Source of the DNA: Anaerohalosphaeraceae bacterium
Lineage (GTDB): Bacteria; Planctomycetota; Phycisphaerae; Sedimentisphaerales; Anaerohalosphaeraceae
Length of the DNA: 64,000 bases
Assembly: GCA_050309605.1 (NCBI GenBank)
Contig: JBNRMN010000020.1
Span: forward strand, 90,394 to 154,393
Direction: 5' to 3'
Below, in pieces: positions 18,338-27,365 of the stretch. The position numbers and the translations under genes are program-made. How positions within the stretch are numbered: the stretch's first letter is position 1; each line of letters opens with the position of its first letter. A model generated the notes under the pieces. The model searched no databases. It saw only the letters and a program-made list of their open reading frames with translations, and had not been told where the DNA came from.

Positions 18338-19736
18338 CGAAACCTATTATCATGTGCTGATGCTTGAACGGGATTCGCGTCAGTTGCGCGAGGCGCTGGC
18401 GGTGCTGGCTCGGCGCAATCTGCGCGGTACGGTCGCCACAACCGCACGGGCGGCGCGAACGTTTCTGGAACAATATCGGTGGCATTTGGTGTTCATCGGA
18501 GATGATTTTCCAGTCGAGTCGGGCGGGCCGGGAAGCGATCTGCTGACGCTGCTGCGGACGGAGCATCCTGAAGTGCCGATTGTAATGATTTGCGAAAACC
18601 AGGCCTCTCAAGCAGCGGTCGCCGGACTGCGCGCCGGCTGCGTCGATGTCCTTGAAAAGCCGCTCCAGGCTGAGGCCGTGGAGGCCCTTCTGGATCGCCG
18701 GCTTCCCAATCACAAGGCCGGACGCATTGCAACGGTCATCGGTGACGACGGTCGGGCATACCCGATTATCGGACAAAGTAAACCTTTACGGCAGGCGGTT
18801 CGCATGGCCGAGGCAGTCGCGGCGACCTCGGCGCCGGTCTTGATCACCGGCCCCAGCGGCACGGGCAAGGAACTGCTGGCCGGACTGATTCACGACCGCA
18901 GCAAGCGATCCGGCGGCCCCCTCGTGCGGGTCAATTGTGCGGCGCTGAGCGAATCGCTGCTCGAAAGCGAGCTGTTCGGCCATGAAAAAGGCGCCTTTAC
19001 CGGTGCGCTGGTGTGCCACAAAGGCCGGCTGGAACGCGCTCACGGCGGCACGCTCTTTCTCGATGAGATTACCGAAACGCCGCCGCCGTTTCAGGCCAAG
19101 CTGCTTCGCGCTCTGGAACAGATGCAGTTTGAGCGGGTCGGCGGCAGCGAGAGCATCCGCGTCAATGTCCGTTTGATCAGCACGACCAATCAGGATATCA
19201 TCCGGCAGGTTCACACCGGGGCGTTCCGCGCCGATCTGTATTATCGTCTCTGCGGCGTTCATATCGCCATGCCCGCCCTTGCGGACCGTAAAGACGATCT
19301 GCCGGAGCTGATTTGGTGGTTTGTCAATGAGTTTGCCGGCGAGGCGGGACGTGCGATTACCGAAATCGACCGGCGCACGCTGGATGTGTTCAACGCCTAT
19401 TCATGGCCGGGCAATATCCGGCAGCTTCGCAATGTGGTGCGAAGCGCGATGATCCTTGGCAAAGGATCGAAACTGTCAATTACCGAGACGCCGTGGCTGT
19501 TGCAGGAATTGCGGCGCAACCTCGGCGTTCAGCCGTTGGATGACGAACCGCCGTTTGCCCTGGCGGGCCATTCGCTTGAAGAATTGGAACGGCGGGCCAT
19601 CCTGGATACGCTGCGGCGGGAAGACGGCAATCGAACACGAGCGGCGAGAATTCTCGGCATCAGCGACCGAACATTGCGTCAGAAAGTAAAAAAATACAAC
19701 GATGTCGCAGAACCGGCCGTCACGGCCGTGGATTAG
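18330..19736 (+). CDS. sigma-54 enhancer-binding protein with atypical receiver domain (FleQ/FlrA/FlbD-like)
   Basis: GPSGTGKE, ESELFGHEKGAFTGA, FLDEI, WPGNIRQL and a C-terminal Fis HTH. Receiver-like N-terminus. Confidence 0.92.
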   Translation: MNSETYYHVLMLERDSRQLREALAVLARRNLRGTVATTARAARTFLEQYRWHLVFIGDDFPVESGGPGSDLLTLLRTEHPEVPIVMICENQASQAAVAGLRAGCVDVLEKPLQAEAVEALLDRRLPNHKAGRIATVIGDDGRAYPIIGQSKPLRQAVRMAEAVAATSAPVLITGPSGTGKELLAGLIHDRSKRSGGPLVRVNCAALSESLLESELFGHEKGAFTGALVCHKGRLERAHGGTLFLDEITETPPPFQAKLLRALEQMQFERVGGSESIRVNVRLISTTNQDIIRQVHTGAFRADLYYRLCGVHIAMPALADRKDDLPELIWWFVNEFAGEAGRAITEIDRRTLDVFNAYSWPGNIRQLRNVVRSAMILGKGSKLSITETPWLLQELRRNLGVQPLDDEPPFALAGHSLEELERRAILDTLRREDGNRTRAARILGISDRTLRQKVKKYNDVAEPAVTAVD

Positions 19737-19810
19737 CGGTCTGAGAACAGACCGGATGGATGGTAGGAATCAAACACAAGACAGACTCGATAACCGTGTG
19801 AGAGCAAACA

Positions 19811-20392
19811 ATGGCCAAAGACAAAGATCAAAACGTGAAAAAAGAAGACAAAGAAAAAACCGGTTCACCCTCCGCAGGCGGACCAGGATTATTGTCATGG
19901 CTGATTTTGGGCGCTGTGGTTGCAGCCGGCGCTACCGGCGGCTTCGCCCTGTCCCAACTGCTGGGCGGTCAGGACAACGCGGCAATCCCCAAATCGAATG
20001 GTACGCCGGAAAACAACGTCAAGACGTTTGATGAGGTGCTGGCTCAACAGGCCGCCAACGGCGCATCGCCGTGGATTTACGACGCGATGGAACCGGTGCT
20101 GGCCAATCTGGATGAACCGGGCGTAACGCGCTATGTGCGCGTGTCGATTTCGCTGGAAATCAGCCCCGAGCTGGACCCGGAAAAAGGCACGGTCTTTCTG
20201 GAGCAGCGTGCGATGGTGCTGCGCGACTGGCTGACGACGTATTTTGCGGGATTAAGCCTTGAAGACGTTCGCGGGAGCCGGAACCTGAATCGCATCAAAC
20301 GCGATGTACAGGACCAGTTCAATCAATTGTTGTTTCCGGACGCCAAGCCGTTCATCCGTCAAATATTGTTTCGGGAGTTTGCGGTTCAATGA
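19811..20392 (+). CDS. fliL: flagellar basal-body-associated protein FliL
   Basis: N-terminal TM, then VLANLDEPGVTRYVRV...LRDWL...ILFREFAVQ. Confidence 0.85.
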   Translation: MAKDKDQNVKKEDKEKTGSPSAGGPGLLSWLILGAVVAAGATGGFALSQLLGGQDNAAIPKSNGTPENNVKTFDEVLAQQAANGASPWIYDAMEPVLANLDEPGVTRYVRVSISLEISPELDPEKGTVFLEQRAMVLRDWLTTYFAGLSLEDVRGSRNLNRIKRDVQDQFNQLLFPDAKPFIRQILFREFAVQ

Positions 20393-21363
20393 CTCAGACG
20401 CCTCAGGACAATCCGATGGCCGGTCGTCATCTGCTGGAGCTAATGCAGACGATGCGGTCGCTGGTCGAGCCGGAAACACACCGTCCGGACGCCGAAGCGG
20501 TGGATTGGTACATTCCTCACCGGCTCAACAGCGAAAGCAGGGAATCGCTGATGCTGTTCAGTGTCAAATTGGCCGGGTATTTGGAAAAAAGTCTGCACAC
20601 GCTGGCCGGGGCGACGTTCGAGGTGCGGGCCGAAGGCCTCTATGAGCGGTACGCCGACCAACTGTACGCCCACGTCATGCAGAAGCAGCCGAAAACCTAC
20701 TATATGCCCGTCTTGCAGCCGAACAAAGGGCCGGTGGGATTTATCAGTCTCCCGTTTGAGACAGCGACGCTGCTGGTCGGATTTATGCTGCGCGATCCGG
20801 AGTCGCAAATCGGCGACAACGGACAGATGACCACGCTGGCCGAATCGATTCTGCTGGATGCAACCTCGTCGCTGGCCGAGGTGCTGGCTGAAGGCTTTAA
20901 CGAATACGGACGGATCCCCATCCAGAAAAGCAATCAGATCATCTACAGCGACTGGCCTGTCCCGTTTCACAACCTGGATGATATGTGCGAATTTCGCTTT
21001 GAGGCCGTCAGCGGCCAGGCCAAGCTGACGGTATCGCTGACGGTCGTCGATGAGGTCATTGCCGAGATTGCTCAGATCAAAGGGCCGTTCAGTCGAGCGG
21101 TTGAAAAAAAAGGAAATCCCGACCACATCGTCAAACAAATGCACGAAGCGCCGATGCGGATAACCGCTCTGCTCAGTAGGGCACTGATGACGCTGAAAGA
21201 TATTTTGTCGCTGGAAGAAGGCGATGTGGTGGTTTTGGATCGCCAAATCACCGAGCCGGCGGATGTACTGATCAACGGACGGACAACCTTCAGTGCCTGG
21301 CCGGCCAAGGCGGCCGGCCGACGGGCGCTGCTGATCTCCGGTGAAAAAGTGTCCCGTTTGTAA
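20389..21363 (+). CDS. fliM: FliM-like switch protein, divergent
   Basis: DWYIPHRL (the YDFxxPxR equivalent) and a C-terminal SPOA domain (TLKDILSLEEGDVVVLD). Located between fliL and fliN. Confidence 0.7.
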   Translation: MTQTPQDNPMAGRHLLELMQTMRSLVEPETHRPDAEAVDWYIPHRLNSESRESLMLFSVKLAGYLEKSLHTLAGATFEVRAEGLYERYADQLYAHVMQKQPKTYYMPVLQPNKGPVGFISLPFETATLLVGFMLRDPESQIGDNGQMTTLAESILLDATSSLAEVLAEGFNEYGRIPIQKSNQIIYSDWPVPFHNLDDMCEFRFEAVSGQAKLTVSLTVVDEVIAEIAQIKGPFSRAVEKKGNPDHIVKQMHEAPMRITALLSRALMTLKDILSLEEGDVVVLDRQITEPADVLINGRTTFSAWPAKAAGRRALLISGEKVSRL

Positions 21364-21419
21364 AACACAGCGCCGTCGGCAATAAAACAAAACGCTGACA
21401 TTGAGAACAGGATATCACA

Positions 21420-21824
21420 ATGGCCAAAACAGAAACACCTGACGCCGAAAAAACTGAACAAACCGAAATGCAGGAAGCGCAGACCGAAGAGACCCCCGTC
21501 CAGACGGCCGCCTTTGAAGAAGTCGAAGACGCCGGCCCTTCCGAGCAGGAGAATTTATCGGTTTTGCTGGATATCCAGATGCCGATTACGGTCGTTCTGG
21601 GGACGACCGAGGTCCCGTTTCGCAGGCTCTTGCAGTTGGGACCCGGCTCGGTGCTCGAGCTGGATCAGGCGATCGGCCAGCCGGCGGAATTGTATGTGCA
21701 GGGCATTCGTCTGGCCACCGGCGACGTGGTGGTCGTGGATGATCACTACGGCCTGCGGATTCGGCACGTGATGGGCAGTCAGGTCAAACAGCTTGATCCG
21801 ACACAGGAAACGAAAAACGCATAA
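21420..21824 (+). CDS. fliN: flagellar switch protein FliN
   Basis: LLDIQMPITVVLG..LLQLGPGSVLELD..GDVVVVDDHYGLRI. Confidence 0.92.
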   Translation: MAKTETPDAEKTEQTEMQEAQTEETPVQTAAFEEVEDAGPSEQENLSVLLDIQMPITVVLGTTEVPFRRLLQLGPGSVLELDQAIGQPAELYVQGIRLATGDVVVVDDHYGLRIRHVMGSQVKQLDPTQETKNA

Positions 21825-21842
21825 TCTCTCTTGACAGGACGT

Positions 21843-23987
21843 ATGAGCGAATCGACGGGACAACATGCAAAACCTCACGCAGAAGGCGGCGCACTGCGAT
21901 TCGGCGGCAATACGAATTTTATCTTTGCGGCCGGCCTGGTGGCGATTCTGGCAACGCTGCTGATCCCGCTGCCGACGTTTCTGCTGGACATCGGACTGGC
22001 GTGCAGCATTTCGCTGGCGGTGGCGGTGCTGATTATCGTGCTCGGCTCCAATGAGCCGCTGGAACTGTCCACATTTCCCTCGCTGCTGCTGATTACGACG
22101 CTGTTTCGCCTGTCGCTGAACGTCGCTTCCACGCGGCTGATTCTGCTGCGCGGCGATGCAGGTACGATCATTGACACCTTCGGCCATTTCGTCGCCGGCG
22201 GCAATCTGATTGTCGGGCTGGTGATGTTTTTGATCCTGATGGTCATTCAGTTTGTAGTCATTACCAAAGGCGCCGGGCGCATCAGTGAAGTGGCCGCGCG
22301 ATTCGTGCTGGACGCCATGCCGGGCAAACAAATGGCCATTGACGCCGATCTGAACGCCGGCGCCATCACCGAAAAAGAAGCCAAAGCCCGACGCGACGCC
22401 ATTGTCAAAGAAAGCGAATTTTACGGTGCCATGGACGGCGCCAGCAAATTTATTTCCGGCGACGCCAAAGCGGGGCTGATCATCACCGCTGTCAACCTGA
22501 TCGGCGGCATTCTGCTGGGCTACACACACGGCATGCCCATCGCCGACGCCCTGCAGCGCTACGCCGTGCTGTCCATCGGCGACGGTCTGGTCAGCCAGAT
22601 TCCTTCGATTATCATCGCGGTCAGCAGCGGTTTTCTGGTCAGTAAAATCCGCTCCGAGCACACCGTCAGCGTCGATATGACCCGCCAGTTGCTTCGGCAC
22701 AATCAGCCGCTGCTGATTGCCGCCAGCGTGATCGGCGCCTTTACGCTGGTGCCGGGCTTTCCCAAGATTCCGTTCCTGCTGCTGGGCGGCGGCTGCGGAA
22801 CGCTGGCCTGGCTGGTACGAAAACAATCCGCCGCGCCGCAAACGAAGGCCGAAGACGAAACCGAGCGGGCCGATGTCAAGGATGAAAGTGCGGCCGTCGA
22901 GGAGCTGCTGCAGGCCGACATTCTGTCGATTCTGGTGGGCGTCCGGCTGATTAGTCTGGTCGATCCGCGAAAAAAAACCAGCATCTTTGATCGCATCGGA
23001 GCGCTGCGCAAAAAATTCGCCCAAAAATACGGCTTTATTATTCCGCTGGTCCGGCTGCGCGACAACATTAGTCTGGAACCGAACGCCTATGAGATTCGTT
23101 TGTACGATCATGTGATTGCCTCCGGCACGCTGGAGCCGGGGCGTTATCTGGCAATGGATCCGGGCACGGTGCAGCGTCCGGTCAAAGGAATCTCAACCAA
23201 GGAACCGGTGTACGGGCTGCCGGCGTTGTGGATCAATGAAGCCGACAAAGAAAAAGCCGAATTGGCCGGTTACACCGTCATCGATCCTGAGTCGGTCTTG
23301 ATGACCCATCTGTCCGAGACGCTGAGCCGACACGCCCACGAACTGCTGACGCGCGAAGACGTTCAGCAGTTGCTGGAACGGCTGCGTAAAGTCCAACCGT
23401 CGCTGGTCGGCGAAGTGGTGCCCGAAGTGGTCTCGGTGGGACTGCTACAGCGTGTGCTTCAGAACCTGCTGCGTGAGGAGATTTCCATTCGCGATCTGCC
23501 GTTGATCCTTGAGGCACTCGGCGAACACGGGGGACGCACCAAGAACGCCGTGCTGCTGACCGAACTGGCTCGCAAGGCCCTGGCTCGCACGATCACCGAA
23601 CAGCACAAGGCCAATGACGGAACCCTTTACGCCATTACGCTTGATCCGACCGTGGAACATACGCTGCTTGGGCAGGTCAATCAGAGCAATGACGCCATCG
23701 GCCTTTCGGTTGATCCGGAAACCGCATCCTGCCTCGGTCAGGCCGCCGCGCAGGCCTGGAAGGCGGTGATGGAAAAAGGCATTGACCATGCCATTGTCCT
23801 GTGCGATGCACGGCTGCGGGCGGGACTGCGAACCCTGCTGCAGCGGACGATTCCGCGACTGCCCATCATCGCTTATGATGAAATTGTTCCGGCAAGTCCC
23901 ATCGAACCGGTCGAAATGCTCACGCTGCCCGACGGCGTCGGCAACGGCGGCGACGGCGTTGACGCCGGACAATTGATGACGGTATAA
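21843..23987 (+). CDS. flhA: flagellar export gate protein FlhA
   Basis: FPSLLLITTLFRLSLNVASTRLIL, RISEVAARFVLDAMPGKQMAIDADL, FYGAMDGASKF, SIGDGLVSQIP. Confidence 0.96.
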   Translation: MSESTGQHAKPHAEGGALRFGGNTNFIFAAGLVAILATLLIPLPTFLLDIGLACSISLAVAVLIIVLGSNEPLELSTFPSLLLITTLFRLSLNVASTRLILLRGDAGTIIDTFGHFVAGGNLIVGLVMFLILMVIQFVVITKGAGRISEVAARFVLDAMPGKQMAIDADLNAGAITEKEAKARRDAIVKESEFYGAMDGASKFISGDAKAGLIITAVNLIGGILLGYTHGMPIADALQRYAVLSIGDGLVSQIPSIIIAVSSGFLVSKIRSEHTVSVDMTRQLLRHNQPLLIAASVIGAFTLVPGFPKIPFLLLGGGCGTLAWLVRKQSAAPQTKAEDETERADVKDESAAVEELLQADILSILVGVRLISLVDPRKKTSIFDRIGALRKKFAQKYGFIIPLVRLRDNISLEPNAYEIRLYDHVIASGTLEPGRYLAMDPGTVQRPVKGISTKEPVYGLPALWINEADKEKAELAGYTVIDPESVLMTHLSETLSRHAHELLTREDVQQLLERLRKVQPSLVGEVVPEVVSVGLLQRVLQNLLREEISIRDLPLILEALGEHGGRTKNAVLLTELARKALARTITEQHKANDGTLYAITLDPTVEHTLLGQVNQSNDAIGLSVDPETASCLGQAAAQAWKAVMEKGIDHAIVLCDARLRAGLRTLLQRTIPRLPIIAYDEIVPASPIEPVEMLTLPDGVGNGGDGVDAGQLMTV

Positions 23988-24014
23988 ATGACAACCATTT
24001 AACGTGTTAAATAG

Positions 24015-24254
24015 ATGGATAAAACAATACGCAACATAGCGATTCGGTTGGCGGTGCTGCTGTTTTTTGTGATGGCACTGATTGGATGGCTCAGCGGGCT
24101 TGAGCCGATGGTTTGTACCCAGCGGGCATTGATCGGGGCGGCCGCATTGTATCTGACGGTATGTATCGCGGGCAATCTGATTGTGCGTATATTGGTGGAC
24201 GCGATGGCGCAGGATCGGGCGCGTCGTCGTCATCGGAAAAATCAACACACGTAA
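24015..24254 (+). CDS. small two-TM hypothetical protein
   Basis: Two hydrophobic segments; fills the flhA-fliA gap on the operon strand. Confidence 0.7.
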   Translation: MDKTIRNIAIRLAVLLFFVMALIGWLSGLEPMVCTQRALIGAAALYLTVCIAGNLIVRILVDAMAQDRARRRHRKNQHT

Positions 24255-24264
24255 ACGGTAACTT

Positions 24265-25149
24265 ATGACGATACCTCAGGACACCCAGAACATTCAGACG
24301 GAATTGGGCGGCGGCGAAAGCGTCCGGGCCGCGGCGTGTGAATTCAACGCCCCGCCGCCACACGCCGGACAAGCACTCCGCGCCTACGATGACCAGATGC
24401 GGCGCCGGCGGGAGGACGAGCTGATCATTCAATATCTGCCGCTGGTGCATCGCATCGTTCGGCAGGTCGCCTCATACCTGCAGCCGCCGCTGTCGCGCGA
24501 CGATCTGATTTCCGCCGGGACGATCGGCCTTGTCAAGGCGGCACGGGACTACGATGCGGCCAAAGACGCCGAGTTCAAAACCTACGCTTATATCCGGATC
24601 CGCGGGGCGGTCATTGACGAACTGCGCGGCTGGTCGTTTACACCGACGACCAGTAAAAAACTGTTCGATCAGGTGCAGACCGTCGCCGAGCGGTATTTGC
24701 AGGAAAACGGAACCATCGCCTCCGATGACTATATCGCCGAGGCGCTGAATCTGCCGCTTGAAAAAGTCTATCAGGTTTATGAATCCGCCCGGGCGCGGCA
24801 TTTTCTGTCCATCAGCGGCGCCGATGATGAATCCCCGGCGCTGGGCCACTGCCTGACCGCTCCGAACAGTCACGCCCCCGGCGACCGCCTCGAACACGAG
24901 GAAATGAAAGCAACGCTGGCCCGGGCGATTGAGGAACTGCCGGAAAAACAGCGACACATCATTCTGTTGTACTATCACCGTGAACTGACGATGAAACAGG
25001 TATCCGAAGCGATGGAGCTGACCGAATCACGCATCAGCCAGCTTCACGCCGCCGCGTTATTCAAGCTGTCAACGCGAATGAAGCAATGGCAGCACGATGA
25101 ACCGGTTAAAACAGAACAAAAACCCCACGACATGATAAGGAGTCACTGA
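24265..25149 (+). CDS. fliA: FliA/WhiG family sigma-28 factor
   Basis: YLPLVHRIV, DDLISAGTIGL, FKTYAYIRIRGAVIDELR, LTESRISQLH. Confidence 0.93.
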   Translation: MTIPQDTQNIQTELGGGESVRAAACEFNAPPPHAGQALRAYDDQMRRRREDELIIQYLPLVHRIVRQVASYLQPPLSRDDLISAGTIGLVKAARDYDAAKDAEFKTYAYIRIRGAVIDELRGWSFTPTTSKKLFDQVQTVAERYLQENGTIASDDYIAEALNLPLEKVYQVYESARARHFLSISGADDESPALGHCLTAPNSHAPGDRLEHEEMKATLARAIEELPEKQRHIILLYYHRELTMKQVSEAMELTESRISQLHAAALFKLSTRMKQWQHDEPVKTEQKPHDMIRSH

Positions 25150-25376
25150 TGGCCGCACACGATGAGTCGCTGGATCGCGTCCAGTCGCCGACGGTGGTCG
25201 CCCAGCCGGTCTCCATCGGCCCGCGTCAGGCCGAGAACAAAAAAGAGGACGCCCGTAAAGGCAAAAAACACCGGCGCCGTCCGCGTCCGAGCATTGAAGA
25301 AACGCTCCGACAGGAACAGACGCAGCGCGAATGCGACGGCGACGAGGAGCAGACTCATATTGATTATCACGCTTAA
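25149..25376 (+). CDS. small charged hypothetical protein ending IDYHA
   Basis: AAGGAG RBS; start overlaps the fliA stop. Confidence 0.65.
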   Translation: MAAHDESLDRVQSPTVVAQPVSIGPRQAENKKEDARKGKKHRRRPRPSIEETLRQEQTQRECDGDEEQTHIDYHA

Positions 25377-25399
25377 CAGTGACGAGGAGACCAGCTCAG

Positions 25400-25657
25400 A
25401 TGATAGGACAAACCGTCAAGGTGATGAAACACAACGGCGTAAAGGTCGGTGGAAGTGCTCGCATCGCGCCCCTCACGGGCGCCGCCCCTGTCAGGACGAA
25501 AGCAGCACCGCGGGCATCTTCCCCGACCGCCGGCGCCCCCCAAGAGGCACGCATCATTGAAAGCAATGCCGACTATGCCATTATCGAACTGACCTGCGCA
25601 TGCGGCACAAAAAGTTATATTCAGTGCAATTACGCCGATTCTCAGGCGACACAATAA
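25400..25657 (+). CDS. small hypothetical protein with C-x-C-G...C motif
   Basis: GAGGAG RBS before ATG 25400; C-terminal IIELTCACGTKSYIQCNY. Confidence 0.65.
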   Translation: MIGQTVKVMKHNGVKVGGSARIAPLTGAAPVRTKAAPRASSPTAGAPQEARIIESNADYAIIELTCACGTKSYIQCNYADSQATQ

Positions 25658-25686
25658 ATTCGCTGATACATACGGAGATCAAGACC

Positions 25687-26199
25687 ATGAATAAGATACG
25701 CATAGGGATAACGGCGCTGCTGCTGTTGACGGGCTGCCGCGTCATTGAAGAGCGGGTAATCTACGACACCTCCGATCCGCCGCCGGCCGCGGCGCCCTCG
25801 CCGGCGGCACGGCCCAACACCGAAATCATTGAACGACGGTTTGTCGATCCCGACACACGGAATGACGCCGTGCAAAGTGCCGTCACCTGGGCCAAAAAAT
25901 ATGAAAACGTCGTGGAACAGAACACCGAGCTGCGCGAAAAAAACAACGCGCTGTTTGTCGAAAATACCGAATTGAACCGACAGCTTGAAACGGCCAAAGC
26001 CGACCTCGAACGAACCCGCAACGAACTGAACGAGGCCAATGAATTTCTTCAGGAAATGCACGCCGAGCTGAACAAGTGGAAGGCCGATGTGCTGGGCTTT
26101 CGCGATGAAATGCGTCAGGCCCAGAAAGCCCAGCTCGAAGCGCTGAGCCGGATTCTGCTGATTCTCGGCGCCGAACCAATGCGAACCTCCGAACAATAA
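25687..26199 (+). CDS. coiled-coil lipoprotein
   Basis: Lipobox LLTGC, Pro-rich linker and long heptad region; GGAG RBS. Confidence 0.75.
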   Translation: MNKIRIGITALLLLTGCRVIEERVIYDTSDPPPAAAPSPAARPNTEIIERRFVDPDTRNDAVQSAVTWAKKYENVVEQNTELREKNNALFVENTELNRQLETAKADLERTRNELNEANEFLQEMHAELNKWKADVLGFRDEMRQAQKAQLEALSRILLILGAEPMRTSEQ

Positions 26200-26217
26200 C
26201 AGGCACAAAACGGGACG

Positions 26218-26907
26218 ATGCCAATGAAACGGTGGCTATTCATCGCGGCTTTCGCAGCGGTCTGTTGTGCGGGGTGTCGGGAGATTATTTATCCCGTCCC
26301 GTCGCGAACGGATCATTTCTATGTCAATCCGCAGGCCGATTTTACGACGGTCGGACGGGTCGCCCTGCTCGAACTGGACAACCAGACGCCGCGGACCGAC
26401 GTGTCGGACACATTTACACAGGCCCTGGCTGATGCCTTGGGCAAACGCCACCTGTTCAGCGTGCAAAAGGTCATGCGATCGGATCCCGTCTGGCAAACCC
26501 ATCGGCTGGGCAATATGCACTCGCATACCCTCGACGATCTGGCCGCGGCCCGACAGGCACTGAACGTGGACGCGGTCCTGTTCGGGGAGATTCGCCGCTA
26601 TATGTCGTTTCCGCATTTGCAGATCGCATTAAACCTGAGATTGGTGGATACCCGCACGGGGCGGCTGCTCTGGGCATTCGAGGATGTCTGGGACAGCAGC
26701 GACAAGGCCGTCGAACGGCGGATGCAGACCTACTTCCGAGAACAAATGCGGACCGGTTATGAACCGATGGACTGGCAGATTCTGGTTACCAGCCCACGGG
26801 CGTTCGAGGGCTTTGTTGCATATGAAGTCTCTGAAACTCTACCGGAATTACCCAAAAATATCGTTCCGCGGACCGTTGAATACAGACGCCGCTATTTGGC
26901 GCCGTAA
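26218..26907 (+). CDS. lipoprotein of CsgG/FlgO/TolB-N-like fold
   Basis: Lipobox CAGC; RVALLEL, LNVDAVLFGEI, LRLVDTRTGRLLW. Confidence 0.7.
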   Translation: MPMKRWLFIAAFAAVCCAGCREIIYPVPSRTDHFYVNPQADFTTVGRVALLELDNQTPRTDVSDTFTQALADALGKRHLFSVQKVMRSDPVWQTHRLGNMHSHTLDDLAAARQALNVDAVLFGEIRRYMSFPHLQIALNLRLVDTRTGRLLWAFEDVWDSSDKAVERRMQTYFREQMRTGYEPMDWQILVTSPRAFEGFVAYEVSETLPELPKNIVPRTVEYRRRYLAP

Positions 26908-26924
26908 AAAAAATTGAATTGGCC

Positions 26925-26951
26925 TTAAGTTTTTCAGGCTGCCCTCGATAA
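26925..26951 (+). promoter_or_regulatory. sigma-28 promoter of the flgM-like gene
   Basis: TTAAGTTT-N11-CTCGATAA versus extended consensus TAAAGTTT-N11-GCCGATAA. Confidence 0.65.
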
Positions 26952-26992
26952 TAATACTGACAGATAGAATATGTGAAGATAATGGCTGTAAA

Positions 26993-27262
26993 ATGCAGAT
27001 AAACGCTTATAACAATTTGTTTTCATCGTTGCCGACGGGCGCTCACCCTGCTGCACGAACCGATAAAAACGACCCTGCTGACGAATCCGGTCAGATAGTG
27101 GAGTTAAGCAAACGTTTCGACCGACTCATCGAGCAGGCCAAAATCGAATCACAAGATCGCAGCGCAGTCGAACAGGCTCGCCGGGCGCTGGCTGACGGCA
27201 CACTGGAGTCGCCGGAAGCGTTTTTGTCGGCGGCTGAACATCTATTGCGTTTGGGGATATAA
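26993..27262 (+). CDS. FlgM-like anti-sigma-28 factor
   Basis: 89 aa; VELSKRF...DRSAVEQARRALADGTLESPEAFLSAAEHLL resembles the FlgM C-terminal helices. Sigma-28-type promoter upstream. Confidence 0.6.
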   Translation: MQINAYNNLFSSLPTGAHPAARTDKNDPADESGQIVELSKRFDRLIEQAKIESQDRSAVEQARRALADGTLESPEAFLSAAEHLLRLGI

Positions 27263-27301
27263 AGCCACGGACGGCTGATTCATCAATAAGGGATTATTGA
27301 T

Positions 27302-27351
27302 ACAAAAAAGGTTTTGGATGACTTAAGGCAGTCCAAAACCTTTTTGTTTTT
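27302..27351. terminator. bidirectional intrinsic terminator
   Basis: aaaaaggttttgga...tccaaaaccttttt inverted repeat with A/T tails. Confidence 0.8.
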
Positions 27352-27365
27352 GCCCGATCTGACAC

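Noticed and set aside
19786..19793. CTCGATAA (sigma-28 -10-like) before fliL
   Set aside because: No matching -35 at 15-bp spacing.
21555..23111. 518-aa minus-strand ORF (likewise 40884-42290, 54214-55476, 61400-62527, 1352-2314, 11495-12520)
   Set aside because: Antisense shadows of well-supported genes in GC-rich DNA, with no recognisable motifs.
15129..27262. Calling the cluster a non-flagellar injectisome (T3SS)
   Set aside because: FliL, FliM, FliA and FlgM-like genes point to flagellar ancestry; no secretin, SctJ, SctN or SctRSTU is seen.
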